Below, piece after piece: positions 56,437 through 64,000 of a stretch of DNA of 64,000 nt; the stretch's first letter is position 1, and every line of letters starts with the position of its first letter. The notes under the pieces were generated by a model that was given only the letters and a program-made list of their open reading frames with translations, made no database searches and was not told where the DNA came from. The stretch lies in IMG/VR virus record IMGVR_UViG_3300042731_005935, positions 1-64,000 of that record; one strand, given 5' to 3'. The DNA is from a virus. The translations under genes and the position numbers were made by a program.

Positions 56437-56655
56437 TTAGTTTTTTATTTCATGTATTTTAAATTTTATTCTTAAAAATGGTTTAATATTTTCGGCAAAT
56501 ATTTTTGGATTAATATTTTCAGTCCCGGATGTATGACTAAGTTCCTGAATCGGATGAACCTGTCTGTGTTCAAGTATTATTTCCTCGATTATAACGTCAT
56601 TTCTCGGTCTGGCATAATCGATTACTTCATTGATTAATTTGTCTATTATTTTCAT
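56437..56655 (-). CDS. Hypothetical protein
   Basis: AAGGAG RBS. Confidence 0.55.
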   Translation of the reverse strand: MKIIDKLINEVIDYARPRNDVIIEEIILEHRQVHPIQELSHTSGTENINPKIFAENIKPFLRIKFKIHEIKN

Positions 56656-56658
56656 TTT

Positions 56659-59600
56659 TTATCTCCTTCTCTTCCTATTATATACTGTTTTATCAGAAAG
56701 TCCGGGCGCTAATATCCGCATTAATCGGAAGAAATTTTTCATCCCTGCGATATAAAATGATTTATTATCAGGATTATGGAATGTTGCTGCTGGATGTAAA
56801 CACCAAGCAATCCAACAACCATACTTTTCATTCCATGTAGTTCTGCCGCTCATTCCGGTAATACCAGATTTTATTCCTTCAAAGAATTGAAGAGAAGTGT
56901 TACCAAATGCAAGAATTAAAACGGGTTTAATTTGCTTTAATTCATCATTAAGATATCTGGAAGTACATTCTTGAATTTGCTTTGAGTTTGGTTTTCTACT
57001 TTTGCTTGGATAGCATTTATTGATATTGGTTACATGAAATAATGATCGTTCATATCCTTTTCGATTTATATCTCCCCAGAGTAACCCTCCTGCCGGTGCT
57101 TCTTCGTAAAAACCCCAACCAAATTGGTCTTCCTTTGGACCAGGTGCTTCTCCAGCTAATACTATATTATATTTTCCTGGGCTGGGCATAACAGGTCGAT
57201 GGCATTCATTTCTCAATTTGCAAGCAGTACAGGATTGTAGTTCATAATATCCATATTTCTTGAATCTTCTCCTTTTAACTGCATTGCCGCCAAGTTTTTT
57301 AAGTTCTTTTGTCTCCCCATTCAAAGTATTATCAAGTCGATCCAAACGGATACTACCTCCAAAGAGATTATAAAGATTTTTGTAATTCTCTTTTGGATTA
57401 GAAACCACTCTAAAATCAAAGTATTCACGCATTTCTTCGGTAATTGTTGTGTCAGTTGGATCATATGCCTTGATGGCATCGAGTTTCTTTCCCAGATCAC
57501 CAGGATGTCTTTTTATCTTTTTAACTTTCATTTTATTTTCCTTATTAAAGAATTTAGTAATTCCAGGATCATCGTCTTTTATTCCACCACCTCTTGCTGC
57601 CTCAACTGCTTTGACAGGTCCAAGTCCTCCAACTTCTTTAAATGGAATAAAAAGCATATTATCACGCGCAACCCACTTGGTAGCATGGCTGATACCAATC
57701 TTCGGCAGTCGCATTACAAGTCCGAGCCGATATGCTTCTTCCACAATCTCTCTTTTTTTCTCTTTTGCTCCAAATGTTAATGATGCACAAATAAACTCTG
57801 TCGGATAGTAATGCTTTATCCACATACACCACATTCCAAGGATTGCATATTCCACAGCATGGGCCCGGTTGAAACCATATCGTGACCACTTTTGCAAACC
57901 AGCCCAGAATTGCGTTGCTTCACGTTCTGAGAATATCTTCGTTTTCCGGCAACCGCGCATGAACTTCCGTTCGAACTTCTTAAATTCTTTGGCATCACGT
58001 TTCTTACCAATAATTTTTCGGATTTTATCTGCCGTTTCATATGGTAGACCAGCAACCTTATTAATTACTGCCATAATCTGCTCTTGAAAGACAAGAAGTC
58101 CGTAGGTATCAGAAGTTAATTCTTCATAAACATGGTGCATTTTGTCCCAGTGTTCTCCACGTTTTCTCTTTATATAATTATCGGTCATTCCCGATTCAGT
58201 TGGGCCGGGTCGTACGAGAGAGATTGCATGGGCTATATGATTAAACTCTTCCACACCCATGTCTTTGATCAAATTTGTCATTGCCCAAGTATTTATTTGA
58301 AATGCTCCTACCGTATTGCCCTCACTTATCTCCTTTAGCACTTGTGGGTTTTCAAGTTCAAGGAGATCAAGTTCGATGTTTTTGTTGTGGTTCTGTTTAA
58401 TGAGTTCGATGGCATGGGATAGAATAGAGAGGAGTTTTAATCCAAGGGAGTCAAGTTTCATCAAACCGACAAATTCTGTATCATCCTTCTCCCAATTAAT
58501 GTTTCTTCCTTTTTTGGTATCGATAAGAACACAACGACCAGACTTGCCGATTTCTTGCATGGAAACAATGATCGCCGCGGCGTGCTTTCCATAGTTCTTT
58601 ACCTGCCCTGCAAGTTGTTTTGCATACTTAATTATCCTCGGATAATTCTCTGCAAACTCTTGACAGACCTGGTATTCATCAATAGCGTTTTGAATCTTTT
58701 CCGCTTCGGTACCAGGGAACTTATCATCAATCATTTTTGTAAAAGAGTTCGCTTCACCTTCGCTAACCTCAAAAACTCTGGCGACGTCTTTGACTGCCGC
58801 TTTTGCTTTCATTCTATTGAAAGAAGAAACACCGGAAATATTTCCTTCCCCATATAATTCTTCCAAATGTTCCTTAATAAGGTGGCGCTTTGTGTCTTCA
58901 AAATCAATATCAATATCCGGATAGTCAATACGATCTTTGTTAATAAATCGATCAAAAATCAAATTGTGTTTTATTGGATCAACAGAAGTAATTCCGAGGA
59001 GATAAGCCATTAAACTTCCGCCAACAGAACCGCGGCCGGGTCCAATTAAGATTCCTTGTTTCTTGCACCAACTGCATAGTTCCCATACAATTAGAAAGTA
59101 TCGTGTAAACTTTTTCTCCACGATAAGGTCGTATTCCATCTTTAATCGCTCTTTGTATTCAGTATTATGGGAAACACTTCGATGGAATCGATCCCTATAA
59201 CCGTCCACGCAAAGTTGCCAAAGTGTTTTGTTTTCTTTGTCTGGATCAATACCTGGGACATGTGGAAGTTTAATGTCTCGTTTTGGGATTCTGTAGTCCG
59301 AACATTTTTCTGCAATCTCTAAAGTATTAATAAGGAATTTTTCATTATATATTCCAACCGCTTTCATTGCTCGGATCATTTCGTTAGTTTTACGAAGATG
59401 AAGTCCGTGGAATCCAAAACTCCATCTTTTAGGATCATTCCATGTTACCTTACGCTGAATTGCGAGAAGTACATCATGGACTTTCCAATCAGACCGATCA
59501 ATATAATGGCAGTCATTAGTGACGATTACTTTTACTCTTGTTTCTTTGGCAAGTTTCAGGATTCTTTTGTTATGCTCCGCCTGGATTTTAATATCATGAG

Positions 59601-60093
59601 GCATTAATTCCAGATATAGATCATCTTTCATTCTTTTATGGAGTTTATGAAAGAAATCAATACCGCCTTCAACATTAATGAAACTCATAACACAAGCAGT
59701 TCCAATAACCAGTCCGCGTCTGTATTTCATCAAAGTTTTGAAATCAATTCTTGGTTTGTAGTGATAGCCCTCCAGATTTGCTATGGTTAGCATTTTGCAG
59801 AGATTTCGAAATCCGGTGTTATTTTTTATCCATAAAGAGACGTGACCTCGGACCGCTTTCTTCTTCCATTCATTGACCAGGTAACCTTCGCAACCGAGAA
59901 TTGGTTTGATTCCTGCCTGGTCACATGCTTTCTGGAATTTAATAAGTCCATCGATATTACCGTGATCAGTACAGGCCAAGAATTTCTGACCATTAGCCAC
60001 GGCCTTCTCCGCATATTTGGACGCAGAGCCGAATCCATCAAGTTGAGAATATTCGGAGTGGAGATGTAAATGGCAAAAGTCTTCTTTATTCAT
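56659..60093 (-). CDS. dnaE: DNA polymerase III alpha (DnaE) fused to C-terminal family-4 uracil-DNA glycosylase
   Basis: PHP 'HLHLHSEYS..DG' and 'TDHG'; 'GPGRGS', 'PDIDIDF', 'YGFNRAHA'; UDG 'CTAC', 'GEAPG', 'KCYP', 'HPAA'. Confidence 0.95.
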   Translation of the reverse strand: MNKEDFCHLHLHSEYSQLDGFGSASKYAEKAVANGQKFLACTDHGNIDGLIKFQKACDQAGIKPILGCEGYLVNEWKKKAVRGHVSLWIKNNTGFRNLCKMLTIANLEGYHYKPRIDFKTLMKYRRGLVIGTACVMSFINVEGGIDFFHKLHKRMKDDLYLELMPHDIKIQAEHNKRILKLAKETRVKVIVTNDCHYIDRSDWKVHDVLLAIQRKVTWNDPKRWSFGFHGLHLRKTNEMIRAMKAVGIYNEKFLINTLEIAEKCSDYRIPKRDIKLPHVPGIDPDKENKTLWQLCVDGYRDRFHRSVSHNTEYKERLKMEYDLIVEKKFTRYFLIVWELCSWCKKQGILIGPGRGSVGGSLMAYLLGITSVDPIKHNLIFDRFINKDRIDYPDIDIDFEDTKRHLIKEHLEELYGEGNISGVSSFNRMKAKAAVKDVARVFEVSEGEANSFTKMIDDKFPGTEAEKIQNAIDEYQVCQEFAENYPRIIKYAKQLAGQVKNYGKHAAAIIVSMQEIGKSGRCVLIDTKKGRNINWEKDDTEFVGLMKLDSLGLKLLSILSHAIELIKQNHNKNIELDLLELENPQVLKEISEGNTVGAFQINTWAMTNLIKDMGVEEFNHIAHAISLVRPGPTESGMTDNYIKRKRGEHWDKMHHVYEELTSDTYGLLVFQEQIMAVINKVAGLPYETADKIRKIIGKKRDAKEFKKFERKFMRGCRKTKIFSEREATQFWAGLQKWSRYGFNRAHAVEYAILGMWCMWIKHYYPTEFICASLTFGAKEKKREIVEEAYRLGLVMRLPKIGISHATKWVARDNMLFIPFKEVGGLGPVKAVEAARGGGIKDDDPGITKFFNKENKMKVKKIKRHPGDLGKKLDAIKAYDPTDTTITEEMREYFDFRVVSNPKENYKNLYNLFGGSIRLDRLDNTLNGETKELKKLGGNAVKRRRFKKYGYYELQSCTACKLRNECHRPVMPSPGKYNIVLAGEAPGPKEDQFGWGFYEEAPAGGLLWGDINRKGYERSLFHVTNINKCYPSKSRKPNSKQIQECTSRYLNDELKQIKPVLILAFGNTSLQFFEGIKSGITGMSGRTTWNEKYGCWIAWCLHPAATFHNPDNKSFYIAGMKNFFRLMRILAPGLSDKTVYNRKRRR

Positions 60094-60313
60094 ATTTTTT
60101 TTCACTCCATAATAAACAGGGGCCTTGTCCTGAACCAACAATATACCATCCTATTTTTTTATGCCTTCCGATGCCAATAAGTGGCTCGGAGTTATCAACT
60201 ACTTCCTTGCATTCTTTTGGCATTATGTCATAAAAATGTTTCCATAATTCAGAAGGAAGCATTATTTTTTCAAGTTCTAAATATCCAGTTTCTTTTGTTC
60301 TCATAAGAAGCAT
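60086..60313 (-). CDS. Hypothetical protein
   Basis: Tightly packed ORF. Confidence 0.55.
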   Translation of the reverse strand: MLLMRTKETGYLELEKIMLPSELWKHFYDIMPKECKEVVDNSEPLIGIGRHKKIGWYIVGSGQGPCLLWSEKKYE

Positions 60314-60597
60314 TCCTTTTCTTCCGTATTGAATTCCGGATTGTCGAACGTAAAGTAAATATTGTTAAGTCCAAGAATCTCAATCAACTCCATGGCCGAC
60401 ATCTCTTTCAATCGATCAATTGTGAAACCTGATATCGCTCCTCCGGCTTTATGTATTGATTGGAGAAGACTATGGAGACAAGCCGTCCTTGAAACCAGGA
60501 CGTATTTATTCTTGATCATTTCCATCATCCTTTCCGAGCAATTCTTTCGCCGCGATGTTTTTCCATTGTTCTTTCCATTGTTCTTTGTTTTTCTCAA
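60301..60597 (-). CDS. Hypothetical protein
   Basis: Start likely internal (MMEMIK). Confidence 0.5.
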   Translation of the reverse strand: MRKTKNNGKNNGKTSRRKNCSERMMEMIKNKYVLVSRTACLHSLLQSIHKAGGAISGFTIDRLKEMSAMELIEILGLNNIYFTFDNPEFNTEEKECFL

Positions 60598-61228
60598 TCT
60601 CTTCTATTATATCATCCATTATATCATGCTTTAAAAAATATGCCGTGAACGATTTAAAAGCAATTCCAATCCATGACGCCAGTAATGCGTTTCCTTTGGT
60701 GATCTCCTCAAGTCTCTTGGATATCTTCGCATATCGAGACATGAACCGTTCTTGATTGTTTTCGGTGATTATAGCTATATGTGGATGTTCAAACCTTAAA
60801 TCTTCTACTATGTTTCCTTGGGCAATCTTCCATATCAATTCATACCTATCCGTGTAGTATTTCCCCCAGTTCTTTTTGATTCTCTCCCATACTTCTTCCG
60901 TGTAGTTGTCGAATACCTCTTGGATAACTTCGTGAATATTGGTACAGGAGAAGAAAACGCGGGAGCCAATTGGTGGGATATAATTTGGAGTGAATCGATC
61001 ATGACTCCAATTAATGTGTTGCATCGTGCCACGACAGAAAGGACAACCAACCATGAATGGTGTTACTCCGTCACGGCTATTCCAGATGATTTCTACCTTG
61101 CCGCATTCCTCGCATCCATACTCCATCAAGGCAAATGCTTCATGTGGATATTGAAAGGAGTTTTTCATTTGGATATCCATGAATGGCGGTTCTTTGATTG
61201 TTAATTCTACAGACGGTTTGTTTTCCAT
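60506..61228 (-). CDS. Zn-ribbon-containing hypothetical protein
   Basis: 'CEECG..IWNSRDGVTPF..CPFC'; GAGG RBS. Confidence 0.7.
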   Translation of the reverse strand: MENKPSVELTIKEPPFMDIQMKNSFQYPHEAFALMEYGCEECGKVEIIWNSRDGVTPFMVGCPFCRGTMQHINWSHDRFTPNYIPPIGSRVFFSCTNIHEVIQEVFDNYTEEVWERIKKNWGKYYTDRYELIWKIAQGNIVEDLRFEHPHIAIITENNQERFMSRYAKISKRLEEITKGNALLASWIGIAFKSFTAYFLKHDIMDDIIEEIEKNKEQWKEQWKNIAAKELLGKDDGNDQE

Positions 61229-61237
61229 TTCCTCACC

Positions 61238-61480
61238 TCACGGTTTTAAAATATAAAGTTTTTCGGCAATATCGAGTAGGCGATCAAATTGCTTCTCGGT
61301 CACCTTCATTTTCTCTCCATGCAGGCGAAACTTTTGGATCAAGTTGTTAACCAGGTCTACCTCAAATTGTGTCATCATTACCGTGTGAGGGTGGAGGTCC
61401 CTCAGAGTGATGATAAGGTCAGCAACTTCCTCCTGATCAATATTTTTGTCTTTGTCTTCTTTTGGGTAATATGCTGCCAT
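61238..61480 (-). CDS. Hypothetical protein
   Basis: AAGGAG RBS; 'TEKQ..L..I'. Confidence 0.65.
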   Translation of the reverse strand: MAAYYPKEDKDKNIDQEEVADLIITLRDLHPHTVMMTQFEVDLVNNLIQKFRLHGEKMKVTEKQFDRLLDIAEKLYILKP

Positions 61481-61943
61481 GTTTTTTACTCCTTATTAAA
61501 TTGTTAATTGTTACGCGCCGGCACATTACCAGCCCCTTTATTATATTGTTCTTCCATGCAATATCTCCTACTTTCCGAAACCGATTGCGTTTGTAGAATT
61601 TAATTGCCTGGTAATTATCTGCTTTGACGTTTAGGAAGACAGTTCTACCGTGGCAAAACTTCTCTATAATTTGGTGAGCGTAACCGCTCTTTGGGGATGT
61701 ATTGATTAATTGGTGGAGCATGTAAGAACCTTTCGGAGCAAGTACTGTTCCGAGTCTTACCGCCTTGACGTATTTCTGGAAGACTATGACCACGCCTTTT
61801 TCAAATATAACCAAGTCATTGTCGATCATACGCTGGAGATAATCTTTACGAATATGAGAAAAGATATCCCTTAATTCGGTCATCCTTTTAAAAATAAAAT
61901 CCAGATCTTTCTCCGTTGCCATTTTAAACTTTTTGGAAGACAT
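61437..61943 (-). CDS. GNAT-family acetyltransferase
   Basis: 'LHQL...KSGYA' and 'VKADNYQAIKFYKRNRF' (motif B). Confidence 0.7.
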   Translation of the reverse strand: MSSKKFKMATEKDLDFIFKRMTELRDIFSHIRKDYLQRMIDNDLVIFEKGVVIVFQKYVKAVRLGTVLAPKGSYMLHQLINTSPKSGYAHQIIEKFCHGRTVFLNVKADNYQAIKFYKRNRFRKVGDIAWKNNIIKGLVMCRRVTINNLIRSKKHGSILPKRRQRQKY

Positions 61944-62946
61944 ATATTTTCTCCATCTTTTTCGGTGTGTCTTCACAACCAAAAAGACTATTCATCGGAA
62001 GCGCCAATATCTCTTTTAGGTTTCCGAATATTTTTGTGCCAAATCGTTCCGCATCTCTACCACAAGGATAATTTTTACCTTTAATATTTATATCTGCAAT
62101 ATTTATTATAAAATAACCACCAGATTTTAACAGTTTGTAGCAGTTCTTTATGGTCTTGCGAAGGAAGAAGATTCTCCACATGTCGTAGGTTGGGTATTTT
62201 TTAAAAGATTGCTCATTGTCTTCCGAGTAAAGTTCTTTGCAGAAGTAGGGAGGAGAAGAAAAAGCAAGATCGATAGTGCTATGGAGTTCGTTTGGACAAA
62301 ATGCTTCAGCAATAGTTTTGTGTATAACCGCTTTATTCTTTGCATGGAGAAATCCTATCATATTATTGAGGCCATCAACGGCCGGGGTTGAAGGGTCAAC
62401 TCCAATATATTTCGAAGTCCTGGCATACTTGCTTGCAAGAAATCCAGAAAGTCTCCCGCCGAACCCAGCGCAAAAATCATAGGCGACCGAACCGTTTCGG
62501 AGATACCGTTCATATATTGCTTTTGCTGCGGCTGGCCTAAAGTTTGTTGCAAATTGATGCCATTCTATTCGTGACAAGTACGAGCGGACCGATGTGTTGG
62601 TTATCTTTCCACTGTACTGGTATGCCATTCTTATTGATTTTCGGAGAAGTCTTCTTTTACTGAATGCATCAACTGGACTTCCCATCGAGCCGAATACCTT
62701 CACGGTGTATTGGTGTGGCATAAAGTGTTTGCAGAATTCAATGCCAGCAAGGCCGGTTCCAACTGAGTAGAAAAGTCTGCCTTTATAGTCATAGCGTTTT
62801 GTGATGACTGGCTTTGATTCCAGGAGTTTTTTAAAGTCTACCAACAATTCGTGAGGAGTCAAAGAAACAAAAGGGAAGCCGACGCACTTATAATAATTGT
62901 ATGCTTCCTTTAATATCCAGTGGTCAACGTTTTTTACTTCAATCAT
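61924..62946 (-). CDS. Amino (N4-C/N6-A) DNA methyltransferase
   Basis: Motif I 'YDFCAGFGG' and motif IV 'SPPY'. Confidence 0.85.
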   Translation of the reverse strand: MIEVKNVDHWILKEAYNYYKCVGFPFVSLTPHELLVDFKKLLESKPVITKRYDYKGRLFYSVGTGLAGIEFCKHFMPHQYTVKVFGSMGSPVDAFSKRRLLRKSIRMAYQYSGKITNTSVRSYLSRIEWHQFATNFRPAAAKAIYERYLRNGSVAYDFCAGFGGRLSGFLASKYARTSKYIGVDPSTPAVDGLNNMIGFLHAKNKAVIHKTIAEAFCPNELHSTIDLAFSSPPYFCKELYSEDNEQSFKKYPTYDMWRIFFLRKTIKNCYKLLKSGGYFIINIADINIKGKNYPCGRDAERFGTKIFGNLKEILALPMNSLFGCEDTPKKMEKIYVFQKV

Positions 62947-63140
62947 GATAGAATATCCTTATATTTTTGCAATAGTACTTTCCGCCTATGTCCATTTTTA
63001 AATTTTATTTTAATTCCACAATTCGGACAATATTTATAACTGGATAAAATTTTGTCACATGTACATTTAGGACAATTAAACCACTCGGTATATAATTCGT
63101 CATATCCAGTACTATCATCAATATCTATTTTTATTATCAT
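62943..63140 (-). CDS. Zn-ribbon small protein
   Basis: CPKC...YCPNCG. Confidence 0.65.
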   Translation of the reverse strand: MIIKIDIDDSTGYDELYTEWFNCPKCTCDKILSSYKYCPNCGIKIKFKNGHRRKVLLQKYKDILS

Positions 63141-63520
63141 TTCGGCTTCTCCATTCCAAATAATGATTCTGGTTTTATGTTCATCCTGCGATACAATTCA
63201 ATGGTTTGGCGTCCATGTTTGCTATTACAATTGAATGCACGGCAAATCTTCTGGAGTAAAATTGGTTCTTGTTTCGGTTTTTTCTTTGGGTACCGAACCC
63301 ATGGAGCATTTTTAGTGCCGACAAATTTCCGATAAATCAGAAGCAAAAGTTTGTTTGGGATTCGACCAACGAATTGATTGCATATAATGGAGATAACAAA
63401 ATCATCCGTTAATGACATTAGACGGTTGGCCATAAAAGGAGAGGTTAAATCCATATCGTCGTCGGATTCAAATATCTCCTTAAATTCAGCGAATATCGGA
63501 TTACCCTTTTTGTTTATCAT
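63137..63520 (-). CDS. Clamp-loader small subunit-like (T4 gp62-like) candidate
   Basis: 'PFMANRLMS' and 'PWVRYPKK' pattern; located in the replication block. Confidence 0.5.
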   Translation of the reverse strand: MINKKGNPIFAEFKEIFESDDDMDLTSPFMANRLMSLTDDFVISIICNQFVGRIPNKLLLLIYRKFVGTKNAPWVRYPKKKPKQEPILLQKICRAFNCNSKHGRQTIELYRRMNIKPESLFGMEKPK

Positions 63521-63521
63521 A

Positions 63522-64000
63522 TTAGTTATTCCATCTTTTATTATTAATTATTAACCCAACATGACCGGTTGAAACCATAAATACTTTCCCTAACTCCTTT
63601 TGTGTATACTTACCAGTCTTATATAAATTCCTTATCCATTTTACTTTCTTTTTGGTTAGTTTGGATTGGGAATTATTCTCACCATAACTATTCCTTAAAC
63701 CAATTTTAAAAGCGTGAATTTTATTATTTGAAGATGTTACCCACTCCAAGTTTCCTATCCAATTAAACGACTTATCTCCATCTTTATGATTACATTCATG
63801 AATTGGAGATGGTTTTGTCGGACCGAAGTATTCCAGGACGAGTCTATGAATATAAAATGTTTTCTTTTTACCAAATTTTGATAATGTTATTATTTTATAA
63901 TTCCATTTATTTTTGCTTTGTTTTAGAATTATTTTGTTTCTGATAGACCTAATCCTACCAAAATTCGATACTTTGTAATGCCAACCCGATATTTTCTTCC
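63522..64000 (-). CDS. NUMOD4-HNH homing endonuclease (5' end outside window)
   Basis: The frame reads 'YKVSNFGRIRS...IHRLVLEYF...NHKDGDKSFNWIGNLEWVT...' followed by an HTH-like tail. Confidence 0.85.
   Translation of the reverse strand, partial: KKISGWHYKVSNFGRIRSIRNKIILKQSKNKWNYKIITLSKFGKKKTFYIHRLVLEYFGPTKPSPIHECNHKDGDKSFNWIGNLEWVTSSNNKIHAFKIGLRNSYGENNSQSKLTKKKVKWIRNLYKTGKYTQKELGKVFMVSTGHVGLIINNKRWNN

Overview
The window is a 64 kb segment of a large tailed dsDNA phage with siphovirus-type morphogenesis genes. I saw no integrase, tRNA or CRISPR array. Layout: (i) 1-1400 is a leftward non-coding/early region with two hammerhead ribozymes flanking a small ORF; (ii) 1442-31002 (+) holds packaging, head and tail genes; (iii) 31017-32677 holds small membrane/lipoprotein genes; (iv) 32836-40041 (+) is a glycan-modification cluster; (v) 40034-64000 (-) holds recombination, nucleotide-metabolism and replication genes (split Rad50/SbcC, Mre11/SbcD, RecA-like, dCMP deaminase, thymidylate synthase, SSB, DnaE fused to a family-4 UDG, DNA methyltransferase, HNH). 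The best candidate for an undescribed system is mucin-type virion O-glycosylation: four structural-module proteins end in pure Thr/Ser tails, and the phage encodes six glycosyltransferase-like enzymes (one with the motif layout of eukaryotic polypeptide GalNAc-transferases), two SAM methyltransferases and an O-acetyltransferase. Other highlights are a hidden 49-codon ORF after the portal gene with an in-frame UGA and a SECIS-like hairpin (candidate phage selenoprotein), tandem type II hammerheads that could excise a 271-nt ORF-bearing RNA, and two sets of three paralogues suggesting heterotrimeric fibres. All family assignments come from motifs and synteny read by eye; no database search was run.
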